Below are positions 1-11,150 of a stretch of DNA of 64,000 bases, one piece after another. Where the stretch lies: NCBI GenBank assembly GCA_013239625.1, contig MU054338.1, positions 62,001 through 126,000 of the forward strand. The letters run 5' to 3'. The DNA comes from Lama guanicoe (taxonomy: Eukaryota). A model generated the notes under the pieces. The model ran no database searches, was not told the DNA's origin, and worked only from the letters and a program-made list of their open reading frames with translations. A program made the position numbers and the translations under genes. The first letter of the stretch is position 1; the number at the start of each line of letters is the position of its first letter.

Positions 1-51
1 CAAATGGCCGCGAGAGCCCAAAGGGGCACTAGGTCACAGAGCGTCCCCTAC

Positions 52-573
52 TGAGGCGGGAAGCCCCATAGAAAGACGAGCAGGACTCCCAAGCAGAGCC
101 ACTACCCTCCTGCCAGCACCATCCGGTTCCCTGGCCCAGAGGCTCTATTTTCACTTTTTGACTCTGGAATGGCTTACTTACCCCTAAAATTCTATTGGTC
201 CTCTGAACTCACTTCTGATTGGTTATTTCTCTCACTTCTGATTGGTCCACTTCCCTCACTCCTGACTGGTTATTTCTCTCCCTCCTGATTGGTCCATTTC
301 TACAAAGCTTGTTCTTAATTAGTCAACATTCCTTATACCTCATTTGCATATGATGTTGCAAAGTGTAAACTGGCAGCCTATAAAAGCCAGTGTAAACCTA
401 CAGACAGGGTTCAAAGCTTGGATTTTAACTCCTCTGGGCCTGCTGGTGTAATAATTCTGAGTTCTCCAACTTTCTTAGTGCTGCTTGGTCTCACACCCGG
501 ATCCAGGTTGCTGTCACAACTGAGTTGTAATACCGAGCTGTAATGCTAAGCTGTAACATATTTTCCCACGACA
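52..573 (+). mobile_element. 5' LTR of the ERV
   Basis: Starts TGAGGCGGGAAGCCCC and ends ...CCACGACA. Contains tandem ~20-bp CTGATTGG units, octamer ATTTGCAT at 342-349 and TATAAAA at 379-385. Homologous to 5832-6357 and 14414-14892. Confidence 0.95.
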
Positions 574-577
574 TTTC

Positions 578-595
578 TGGAGGCCCCAGCTAGAT
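578..595 (+). promoter_or_regulatory. Primer binding site, tRNA-Thr(TGT) type
   Basis: TGGAGGCCCCAGCTAGAT, 4 nt after the LTR end. Matches TGGAGGCCCCAGCGAGAT (recalled complement of the mammalian tRNA-Thr(UGU) 3' end) at 17/18 positions. Confidence 0.8.
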
Positions 596-1761
596 TCCAA
601 CCATGCTGTTTCCTTACGCCACAGCGGCATCGGAGCAACCACCGGGATCTCCAAAAGTGAACGAGGAGGTGCGCCACCTGACAGTATTGCAGGTCCTCCT
701 TTGCGGAGGTGATTCAGTCCTCTGGGCGGCTGTGCCCCAACTGAGCTCAGTGGTGGGATAGACCAACTAACCAAGCAATGTGGCTGAAAAAGGTAGGAGC
801 CCTGGGAAGCATCCATATTTAGGTTAGGGTAATCAGGTTGTGTCCCGAGGACAGAAGAGGAGACTAGTCACCTCCTCAAGCTCCCCACCTGATGGTAGGG
901 GAGGGAATGTGCAAATAATCTGTGTGTGTGTGCGCACGCGCGTGGCCTGAAAAGCATGCGATCAGGTTCGAGTTTGTGGCTCCATGGTATTCTGCTACGG
1001 AGTTCGAGTGAGTCCCAACCTGTGGTTCTGTGGTGACTTTACATGGCTCATGGCGGTATCGGCCCCTCAGGGAATTGATTGGAGTCAGTGGTTTATACTG
1101 ACCCGCTGAAGCTAAGAAGCACCTTCGTCCCCATGAGGGGAGCGGCCAGGTGGACGCAGGGAAGACCCTCCCTTTGTCCCGTTTGCGACACCGGCACAGG
1201 ATGGCTACACAGGGAGGGAAAGGGACGTAGAACAGCCTATGAGTAAATGACTCCTGTGTCCTTAGGGGCAAAGATGAGACGGTTAAAGAGTTTCAGGTGC
1301 GACCTTGTCACCAGTCCCCCGGAATATCCTGTCGCAATTAATAAACCAGTCTCAATATACTCCTCTCTAAAATTAAGACCACGAGACCTGAGCCAGAGGG
1401 AGCCAACCCAGGACTGGCTGGAACTCTCTTCTGAGGTCCCCCTTATTTTGGTTCATTTATTCTGCCACCGGCCAGCCACCCTGGCCTCATATTTTGTCAA
1501 TACAGGCTATAAGAAGACTTTATACAGGGACCCCTGGAGCTCATCCAGACCTGAGGGAGTCTCAGGGTTACCTGCCTAATGTGGAAACCCCAACTCATCG
1601 GCAGCACTTGCAGCTGAGCAGATAGATGTTAGGCCCGGTGAGGCAGCCAGCATTTTTGAGAACTCCACTGTTTTGAGGAGTGGGAAGAAGATACTGGGGT
1701 CACAGTCCTCAGTGCCAGAAGCAGACCCACACCCATAGGCCATGAAATCTGTCAACTAATA

Positions 1762-2843
1762 GTAGAGGGATCCTCAAAATCAAAGCTGACAGTTCCGGAC
1801 TGCATGATTAAAAATTTCAAAAAGGGTTTCTCAGGCAACTATGGAATTAAATTGACACCAAAGAAGTTGCACACATGATGTGAGTCAGAGTGGCCCACCT
1901 CTGGAGTGGGATGGCCCCTGGAAGGCACGCTCGACCTGTCAGCTGTCAGGGACATACACTGGATAATCGCCATGCCCCCAGGGCACCGCGACCAATTCCC
2001 ATATATTGATTCTTGGCTAACAATCCCCCAAACCTTGCCTCCATGGGTCCGGGTCTACACAAATGGTCAAGGACAATATAAGATCCTCATGGTTCCGACA
2101 TTAAAGATGGAAAAAGACACGAGGCCGGTCCTTCAGGTAAACCCTGAAGAACTGCCAATGCTACCCCTGCCAAATGTTCCTACTGCTACTGCGGCTCCAC
2201 CACAGCTGCCTCTACCGGACGGTCCACCACTGTCTGTACCACCACGGTGGCCCCAGGCTCTGAGCTGGGAGCCCAAGGGGTGGAAACTCTGTTCAGCCCC
2301 GCAGGACACCCAGCCAGCAGCCACTCTCCAGAGGCCTCTCCGGGAGACCCAAGAGCCCCAACAAGCTAGCAATGATGGCCCCGTACAGCCTAGCCACTCC
2401 ATCCCATACTACCAGCCTTTCAGTACAACGGATCTCCTGAACTGGCAACACAACACTCTGCCGTATTCAGAAAAACCCCAGGCCATGAGTGACCTCCTAG
2501 AGTCCATCTTCCAGACCCACCAGCCGACTTGGGGTGACATTCAACAGCTGCTCCTGATACTCTTCAATACTAAAGAAAGAAAGCAGATCATAACAGAAAC
2601 TAGAAAATGGCTGCAAGAGCAGGCCCCAGAGGAAACCATGGATGCAGAGAAATGGGCCCGGAATGCAGCCCCAGAGACAAGACCAGAATGGAACTCTAAC
2701 TCCCAAGCTGAACAGAAGGCTCTGCGGACATATCGGAGAGCCCTCCTACGTGGGTTGCGAGCCGGGGCAAAGAAACCAACCAACGTGTCTACGACCACCG
2801 TGATCCAAAAGCCAGACAAGTTCCCCATGCACTATGGTGAGAG
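1762..2843 (+). pseudogene. gag: ERV gag remnant (MA through N-terminal CA and start of the MHR)
   Basis: Frame reads CMIKNFKKGFSGNYGIKLTPKKLHT*CESEWP...GWPLEGTLD (MA) and YQPFSTTDLLNW...HQPTWGDIQQLL...GLRAGAKKPTN...VIQKPDKFP (p30 CA). The start codon is degraded, there is a TGA at 1876-1878, and the gene is truncated at ~2843. Confidence 0.92.
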
Positions 2844-4287
2844 GCAATTTGGGCGCCCACAGAGATGTCAATCATCCACTATAAAGGACACCATAAAGGG
2901 AAATGAACCCCATAAACAAGAAACCAACTAGCAGGTCAGGCCACACACAAAGCGGCAAGTGAATCAGGCCAGAGATCTTGGGGCCATCCCAAAGGTTCGA
3001 CCAGCGCCCAAACTGCTGCCAACATCTCCAGCATACAGCCACGAGAAAAACTCATGGGCCAAAACTAAAGGAGAAACCAGCGGAAAGGAAGGACGGTGGG
3101 TGATGCCTGACAAACGTGTATATACATACCTGAACGATTAGCCCACCAGGTGGTCCTTCAGCAACAAGAGCTCACCCACCTGGGAAAGACTGCCCCAGAG
3201 GCCCTGCTGGGGCGGTACTGTCTGATCCCTCAACTTCCGCCCCTCTGTGCCTCAGTCTCAGAGCGCTGCCTCACATGTGCTCAGAATAATGCACAACAGG
3301 GGTCAACTAGACCAAGAAGAATCCAGTGCCTTGGCCGGGCTCCTTTTAAAGATACGGAAATGGGTTTTGCAGAAACGAGGCCCAGCAGAGCATACAACTA
3401 CTTGCTGGTTTTTATCTGCACCTTTTCAGGATGGGTAGAAGCACACCCAGCACGGACTGAGGAAGCAAGAGGAGTAACAAAGGCCTAACTCAGAGAAATG
3501 ATTCCCAGATTCGGGATGCCATTAACCATAGGGTCAGACAATGGACCCGCATTCGTGGCAGAAATAGTACAAGTGGTAAGAACACCAAACATCAGCTGGA
3601 ATCTACAAGAAGCCTACAGGCCTCGGCATTCAGGGAGGATACAGCGCATGGGCCAGACCCTAAAAAAGGAGATGATAAAGCTCGGGGGAGAAACTCAACT
3701 ATCTTGGGCTGACACTCTGCCCATGGCTCTCCAGTGGGTATGCTGTGCCCCTCAGTCCAAGACGGGATTCTCCCCTTTTGAAATCTTATTTGGGAACCCC
3801 CCTCCCCTGATGTTACTAGGAGAAAAATTTAGAGAGGTGGGACGCTTAGAACTTCATAAGCAAATGCAAGGTCTCGAAAAAAACTATGCGGAAAGTCCGT
3901 AGGTGGGTAACTGACAGGATCCCAATCTCACTGGGAACAATGTTACACCCATATGAGCCAGGAGATCAAGTCTGGATAAAAGATTGGAAAAAGGAGCCCC
4001 TTGAACCCACTTGGAGGGGCCCCTACCCAATTATACTAACCATCCCAACAGCTCTTAAAGTTGCAGGTATCGCCCCGTGGATTCATCACACCAGAGTAAA
4101 GAGAGAAGCACCACCACGAGACGAGGACGTCTGGAGAGTCAACCAAGACCTCGAGGAGCCACTTGAAATTGGGGCCAGAGACGCCCGCCTCACCTGCCAG
4201 AGAGCACCAAGCCTTGCTCTAGCCACACCTGGAAGCTGGCTAGTCAATGCACGGCGGAAGCCTGAGGAACCACCGATCAAGACATAA
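2844..4287 (+). pseudogene. pol: ERV pol remnant: C-terminal end of RNase H plus integrase
   Basis: AIWAPTEMSIIHYKGHHKG...NQLAGQA (RNase H end); ELTHLG...CLTC (degenerate HHCC); TFSGWVEA; IPRFGMPLTIGSDNGPAF; PGDQVWIK...W.GPY...WIHHTRVK. Multiple stops and frameshifts. Confidence 0.93.
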
Positions 4288-4288
4288 A

Positions 4289-5770
4289 ATGAACTGCCGC
4301 CCGACTTTATTTTATTGAGTATTGTTACTAAATTACTAGCTTTAGGACTGATAGCCACCGCACCCCAGGATTGGAACATGGGCCAGAAACTAATAGCAGC
4401 TGTACTCTCTCTCTCTACAATAGGAAACCTAATGGTCAGTCAGTGTCTGCTGGGGGAACCATACCTCCCTGTTAGGAAAAATGAAGCCCCAAACCCTTCT
4501 TCTGCTTATAAAAGTAGTTGCTGACATACCTCTTTCCATGACGGGGGTTCCAATGGGACCCATTCGCCAAATTGCATTTGGCAGGAACCTGCTCCCCAGA
4601 AAAAATCCCCGGCCCACATGCTCAGGGCCCTTCTATAGACCTAGCAAGGGTTGGGAAAAGAAAAATAGACCTAGGTCCATGCTTATAACCACGACCCCCA
4701 ATTAAGTCCCTTATTAAGCAAGTCCATCACCTTAATGCTACTAACCCACAACTAGCAAGTGATTGCTGGCTCTGCCTGTGTCCTGGCCCCCTCCAGCATG
4801 CAGCCAGCCCGATAGGTCTCTCAGATCTAACCAAGTTCAATGGCCACCCTGGGTGGTCCCCAGACTCCGCAGATGTAAGCCCCCAGTCAGTTAATGTACA
4901 GTTGGCCCATACAGCTCCCGCCTGCATCTACAACTCGGGGACAAAACATTTTGTAGGAAATCTGGCCGCTGCTCAGTGTGCCCAAACCCATAACTGCACA
5001 CCTGTTTACAGTCGGATGCCTGCCAAACCCTGGTGCACACAGAGCCCAGGAACCTTTTTCGTATGTGGGGCACACGCCTGCCGGTGCCTGCCAGCCAGTT
5101 GGACAGGTGCTTGCACGTTGGCCTTCCTTACCCCTCAGATAGATATAATACCTGATAACCAGAGCCGTCCCGTACCCCTGATGGCCCATACTTGATCAAA
5201 AAGGGCCATCCAGTTAATACCACTACTCGTTGGGCTGGAAATAGCAACTGGAGTGGGCACAGGAATAGGAGAACAGCCTCATCATCCCACTATTACCAGC
5301 AGTTATCTGCTGAGGTCATTGAAGGTTTAAAACAGGTGGCTGAGTTCTTAATGACTCTACAAAACCAGTGGGACTCCCTAGCGGCAGTAGTCCTACACAA
5401 TAGGAGGGGTTTAGACTTGCTCACCACCGAAAAGGGGGGACTCTGTCTCTTCCTAAATGAGGAATGCTGTTTCTATGTAAATCAACCAGGAATTGTCAGA
5501 AATATGATCCAACAACTACGAGATCGAGCTGAGCGCAGAAACCAGGAATCAGCAAACGCCTGGGCACAGGGGACTAACCCCTGGAGTTGGGCCTCCTGGC
5601 TCCTCCCCCTAGCAGGCCCCCTCTTTATGATCCTTCTAGCACTGCTGTTTGGTCCCTGCATCCTTAACCTCATTACCCATTTAATTAGCTCACAAATAGA
5701 GTCACTGAGACTACAGCTACTAGTCACTCAGTACAGGCCCCTGGACCAGGAAGAACCCAGTGATGAATAA
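4289..5770 (+). pseudogene. env: ERV env remnant, gamma-type (SU disrupted; TM frame largely open)
   Basis: LNATNPQLASDCWLC (CXXC); furin site RSKR read as *SKR (TGA, likely from CGA); fusion peptide AIQLIPLLVGL; ISD LHNRRGLDLLTTEKGGL; CX6CC (CLFLNEECC); TM helix; YRPL tail; stop at 5770. The 5' boundary is approximate. Confidence 0.93.
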
Positions 5771-5831
5771 GGGACACCACTCTAAGGTTGATGCTCACTA
5801 CGGATGTTAAAGAGAGCATCAAAGTGGGGAA

Positions 5832-6357
5832 TGAGGCAGGAAGCCCCATAAAAAGACTGGCAGGGCCACTACTCTGCTGCCACCACCATCCAGTTCCCTG
5901 GCCCAGAGGCTCTATCTTCACTTTTTTGCCTCTGAACCAGCTTACGTACTCCTAAAATTCTATTGGTTCCCTGAGCTCACTTCTGATTGGTTATTTCCTT
6001 CACTCCTGATTGGTTATTTCTGTCACTCCTGATTGGTCCACTTCCCTAACTTCTGCTTGGTCCATTTGTAGTACTTCATTTGCATGGAGCTCATTCTTGA
6101 TTGGTCCATTTCTACAAAGCTTGTTCTTAATTAGTCAGCTCTCCTTATACCTCATTTGCATATGATGTTGCAAAGTGTAAACTGGCAGCCTATAAAAGCG
6201 ATGTAAACCTACAGACAGGGTCCAGAGCTTGGCATGTTAACTCGTCTGGGCCCGCTGGCGTAATAAATCTGAGTTCTCCAACTCTGAGTGCTGCTTGGTC
6301 TCTCACTGGGATCCAGGTTGCTGTGACAACTGAGCTGTAACACATTTTTCCACACCA
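5832..6357 (+). mobile_element. 3' LTR of the ERV
   Basis: Follows the PPT and starts TGAGGCAGGAAGCCCC. Octamers at 6078-6085 and 6154-6161, TATAAAA at 6191-6197, AATAAA at 6262-6267. Ends CCACACCA. Confidence 0.95.
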
Positions 6358-6908
6358 CCACCCAGGAAGCCCACAGACAGAGCGGACCAGGGTGTTCAGT
6401 GACTGCACAGGCACACACCCCCTGCCCCGCTGGCCGCATCATGTATGGGTCTGTGCTCTTCACACAATCTCCATGGGAACAGGAGTCATTGTACGGGGAG
6501 GGTGAATGTCCCTCTGCAGTGCAGGGGGTCAGGGGGTAGCACCTGCTGACCTACTGTCTGGAAGCAGAGGTGGCAGGGGGCAGGGAGTCTAGCCCAGGGA
6601 CCCTTGTACACATGTGCGTGCACACACGCACACTAAGGCACTAGGTCCCACAGTGAGAGGGAGCACCTGCTTCTCTGCAGGACATGCAGCAGCTCAGCTC
6701 ACCCGGGACGCGCCCTCCGACCTGTACTCAGCATTTCTAGCCCTAACTCATCAGCCCCCGGACAGGGGCTCTTTGCCAATGTCCTCCTCAGGGGCGGTGA
6801 GGTGCCTGGTCTGCGTCTCAGGCCCCGGGGGGACCCACGTCAGTGCAGCCACACCCAGGGGCCACCCAGCCCACCCCCGCCACCCGCGCAGCCACTCCCC
6901 TGGCCCAC

Positions 6909-7213
6909 CTCATCTCTGGCACACCCTCCTCATCTTTCTCCAGAACGCGCTCCAGCTCTGCGATGGCCTCTGCTGGGTGCTGGGAGTCCACGAGCTCTTC
7001 CCCAGTCACCTCCTCAGGGGGAATCTCCTCTTCCTGGCTCTCTAATCCCAGCTCCCTGTCATCCAGATCCTGGTATTTGGCGTCCCTGGACCCCCAGCTC
7101 TCGTACACGGTGCCCTGGAGGCCCAGCGTGGCATCCTCCTGCACCCGTTCCGACCTGTCTTCAGGCTCCGACGTGTGGTGGCCATACGGTGAACTTTGCT
7201 GGTGGTCCCCCAT
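6909..7213 (-). CDS. THEG: THEG/SPMAP2 (testicular haploid expressed gene) coding exon 1; the remaining exons lie left of the window
   Basis: MGDHQQSSPYG...RSERVQED...GLQGTVYES...QDLDDRELG...EEEIPPEEVTGEE...AELERVLEKDEEGVPEM resembles the recalled human THEG N-terminus (MGDSRR...LQSSVYES...EEELPPEEVAGEE...ELERVLDKD). Phase-2 donor AG|GTGGGC at 6909/6908. Position next to C2CD4C fits synteny. Confidence 0.88.
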
Positions 7214-7271
7214 GTGCCGGGCCCTCCCCAGCCCCGCAGCCTTGCTCCCACAACACCCAAGTGTGTCTGTG

Positions 7272-7284
7272 GTCACCTGGCAAC
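7272..7284. promoter_or_regulatory. RFX X-box in the THEG proximal promoter/5' region
   Basis: GTCACCTGGCAAC matches GTNRCC-N0-3-RGYAAC, about 60 bp upstream of the THEG ATG. Confidence 0.6.
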
Positions 7285-9450
7285 AGGAGAATTGTCCCCA
7301 CATTCTTGGCGCCCACGTTCCACGACCAGCACAGCCACAGATGGCCACCACCGAGATGACACTGACGCTGCCCTCTGTGGGTTCGCTCACTCCTCCAACC
7401 TCGGCCCACCCCATCCCCTCCTGCCACTCTGCCTTCCTGCTCCACCAACTTGCTGGCACCCACCTCAGGGCTTCTGCACATGCTGGTTCCCTCTGCCCAC
7501 ACACGTCCTGGGGGCTCCTCTTCAAGACAGCAGCCCCCTGCCTAGGGCTCTCTGCATCTCAGTGCCTGGCTTGACTTCTCCATGGCGTTTGGCACAGCCT
7601 GAAATGACATTGGTCACATATTTGCTTTCTTCTTCGGTGTCTAGCTCTGTCTTGTAGAAAGTTCCTTCCCAGACCAGGAGCCGAGGGAGTCCCACTCACT
7701 GTGTGTCCTGGGGCTTGGAAGAGCGCCTGGCCCTCAGAAGCCTCTCTGGGATGGTCTGCTGAGTGAACAGTTGCTCTGGGAGCAGGGCACAGGGCTGGAG
7801 GGTACCATCTCCACCCTCCATTTCTTCTTAGTAAGAGACCCCACTGTGCTGAGATGGAGAAGTCAGCAACAGTGATGACAGTTTACCGGGGTCCGAGCCC
7901 CCAGGACTGGCTTAGGAATGAGGCCTGAGAGGGAGTCTGCAGCTTCCGGGACGATGTTCTCTCTCCTGAAAGGAGACAGGAGGAGGGAACCCATCTTTTC
8001 TTCTTGGTTATTCCCGGGACTGTGTGTGATGTCTAGTGCTCAGGCAGCCGCCCTGTGACCATGAGACCTGCTAGTCTGAGAACAGTGAACTGAAAGATGG
8101 GTTTTTGGTGACAGTGTTGAGCCTCTGACCTTGGCAGCCCTGGAGCCTTCTCTGTGCCTGGGCTTCCTGTTACTTGACACAGTTAATTCTCTTAGTATCA
8201 GGGTTTCCGGTTTGCTGCAGACAAAAGCACACTATCTGGTACAGATCCTTCCAGCCCCAACATGTCATGAGAAATAACTTCAGCTACAAATGGTGTTCAA
8301 AACAGGCTGTCTCACAAAGTCCAAGCAAGGTGATCGTCACGATAGCTGCAGGGTCCTCACTGCCTCAACACCCGCCCCCCAACCCCGGCTCCAGCCTTTG
8401 GGAAACGTCTGCAGGGCATCGCAGGGGCTGCATCTCCCACCGCCTCTGTGCAGAGCCCCCACCCAGCATGCTCCCCCTCCCTTTGCTTGGCTGTTCCCTA
8501 CATATCCTTTACGACTCTGAGCTGTCATTCCCTTGTGTAGGAGGTGTCCCTGAACGCCCCCAAATCCTGCTCCATACCCTCAGTATACAGGCAGGGCCAA
8601 ACCCCTTTCCCTGGACACAACATTGCCCAGCAGAAGCTGGCCACCCAGAGGGCCCGGCGGACCCTTGCTGGGGGAGCAAGATAGCCATTCACAGTCTGTA
8701 GAGCCCTTTCCAGCTCCCCACTCTGTCTCCCCAGTGCCAGCTCCTGGGTTTGGTCTGGACATCACCTCTGTGAGGATTCTAGACTGGAAGACCTTTGCAA
8801 GCATCTGGTCCAATCCAGGAGACCCTCAGAAAACCCCGTTACTGGCCTGAAGGGTCCTAAACCTTCACTTTGCACTCAATGACTTCTTTCTCCCTCTTAA
8901 GTTAAATCTGACCAAGATCAGCAGGTGCCTTTCACAAAAAGGTAAGTTCCACATTGTAGCAACAGGAGAGGTTCCACTGCAAACTGCCACGAAAAATCTC
9001 TGTTCAACAGCGAGTCCACCTGGCTACGCGAGACAGCTCACAGGACCCACTTCAGACGAGCCACCCTGCACCCAGGAGCCTGGCCGCCCTGAGCCCCTCA
9101 GGAAATGCATTCACTCCCGCGACAACCCCTGAGCCTGGGGTGCAGGCTGGACACTGGGGTCCAGGGAGACCACCCTCCACCCCCGTCACCCAGGAGGAGA
9201 AACAGGGTGTGGCCCAGGTCCCCAGCACATCACCATCTACCACAGCCCCCATCCGTCTTCCCAGCCAGTCACCCACACGGGACCTGCGAAGTGGCCAGAG
9301 CTCCGCCAGCCCTTGAAGGGAGAGCCAGAGGGCCTGTCTCTTGCTGCCCAGACACGCGGAGAAGCAGGAACATGACGGCTGAGGGGGTGGGAATCGCCAG
9401 GGTATGACGCTATCTGAGCAGAAAAGAAAGGGGAACGGGTGGGGGAGGCA

Positions 9451-9540
9451 GGGGAGGATGTAGCTCACTGGTAGAGCGTGTGCTTAGCATGCACGAGATC
9501 CTGGGTTCAATCCCTCGTACCTCCATTAAATAAAAAAAAA
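9451..9540 (+). mobile_element. tRNA-Ala-derived SINE (Vic-1-like, camelid)
   Basis: GGGGAGGATGTAGCTCACTGGTAGAGCGTGTGCTTAGCATGCACGAG...GGTTCAATCCC...CTCCA with A/B boxes and an A-rich tail. Confidence 0.85.
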
Positions 9541-10387
9541 GAAAGAGGAACCAGACAGACCCAGGGAGTACAGGACTTTGGTGGCAACAGCGTGGGGAAA
9601 GCAGCCAGTGGACGTCCCACAGCGGGGCTGGGCCCGGGGTGGGTGGTCAGCAGGAGGTAAAACTCTTGTACAGCTGCAGAGGGACCAGCACAAACTTAGA
9701 GGCTCAGGTAGTAGAGATTAATATCTGATGGTTCTGGAGGTCAGACGCGCAAAACGGGCCCCACTGGGCTCAAAGCAAGACCTGGGAGGGGGCCGGTCCC
9801 TTCCTGAAGCTACAGAGGAGGCCCAGCCCTGCCCAGTCAAGTGATGGCAGCAGTCAGTCCCTCGCGATGGTGTGACGGGCCCTGAGTCCTCGCTGGCTGT
9901 CAGTGAGGGCTCGTCCCAGCTCCGGAGTCCCCACACTGCTTGGCCCGTGGTCCCTTCCCCCCTCTTCCCTCTCCTGTTCTGCCTCCTGCCTAGTTGTCAC
10001 CTCTCTGAGCACAGCTGGGAGAGGGTCTCAGCTTTGAAAGACCCACAGGACTAAAGTGGGCCCAGCTCCGGGTCTGACTCCCTCCTGCTGCAAGGGGACA
10101 GGCTCCCCGGTTCTGGGGTTAGGGTGCTGACCGCTTCGGGGCCGCCATCCTCTATCACACTCACCTCACACCACACACACAGTCAACTCTAAATGAGTTC
10201 AGGATGTGAAGGCCAAAACAAAACTTTAAAACTTACGGGGAAAAAAAAATTAGGGTAGCCACCTCTCTGCCCTTGGGGTAGGAAAGGGTTTTTTTTAAAC
10301 AGGACACAAAAGTGGGACTCATAAATGATAATTTTAACTTTTAGTTCCTCTGCTCATCAAAAGACAATAAAACGAAAAATCTAGACA

Positions 10388-11150
10388 CATGTGCAAACAC
10401 AGACACATAGATCAATGGAACAGGACAGAGAGTCGAGAAATAAACCCACAGACTTGTGGTCAATTAATCTTTGACAAAGGAGCAAGAACATGCAATGGAG
10501 AAAAGACAGTCTCTTTTGGCAAGTGGTGTTGGGAAAACTGGACAGCAGCATGTAAATCAGTGATGTTAGGACACTCCCTCACACCACACACAAAAATAAA
10601 CTCAAAACGGCTTGGAGACTTAAACACAAGACAAGACACTATAAACCTCCTAGAAGAAAACACAGGCAAAACATTCTCTGACATAAATTGTAGCAATGTT
10701 TTCCTAGGTCAGTCTACCCAAGCAATCGAAACAAAAGGAAAAATAAAACAAATAGGACCTAATTAAACATAAAAGCTTATGCACAGCAAATGAAACTATA
10801 AGTAAAACTAAAAACCTACGGAATGGGAGAATATATTTACAAATAGTATGACTGATAAGGGCTTAATATCCAACATACATAAACAGCTCATACAACTCAA
10901 CATCAAAAACAAAACCAAAAACAAATGACTCTATCAAAAATGAGCAGAAGGCCTGAATATTCACTTCTCCAAAAAAGACATTCAGACAGCCAACAAGCAC
11001 ATGAAAAGATGCTCAACATTGCTAATCATCAAAGAAATGCAAATTAAAACCACCATGAGTTACCACCTCGCACCTGTCAACGTTTATCATCACAAAGAAC
11101 ACAAATAACAAATGCTGATGAGAATGTGGAGAAGACGGAACCCTCATACA
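10388..11150 (+). mobile_element. LINE-1 ORF2 3' fragment
   Basis: Translation HRHIDQWNRTES.EINP..CGQLIFDKGA...KWCWENW is typical of L1 ORF2; A-rich plus strand. Confidence 0.9.

Larger units (their letters stand above)
52..6357 (+). mobile_element. Defective class I (gamma-like) endogenous retrovirus: LTR-PBS-gag/delta-pol(RNaseH end, IN)-env-PPT-LTR
   Basis: Paired TG...CA LTRs, PBS, gag/IN/env remnants and a purine tract (aaagtggggaa) before the 3' LTR. The 4-bp flanks CTAC (48-51) and CCAC (6358-6361) form an imperfect TSD. Confidence 0.97.

Noticed and set aside
215..295. DUX4/DUX binding sites in the LTR units (TGATTGGTTA)
   Set aside because: The spacing is one base shorter than TGATTRRRTTA. 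Better explained as CCAAT/NF-Y boxes.
4289..5770. Functional syncytin-like env
   Set aside because: Frameshift in the signal region, stops in SU, a destroyed furin site and a frameshift after the fusion peptide.
6818..7525. 235-aa minus-strand ORF as a stand-alone gene
   Set aside because: Only 7213-6909 resembles THEG and it ends at a canonical donor. The flanks are read-through into promoter and intron.
9451..9525. tRNA-Ala gene (also 39575-39645, 41100-41176 and 51410-51483)
   Set aside because: Diverged stems, A-rich tails and TSDs indicate tRNA-derived SINEs rather than functional tRNAs.
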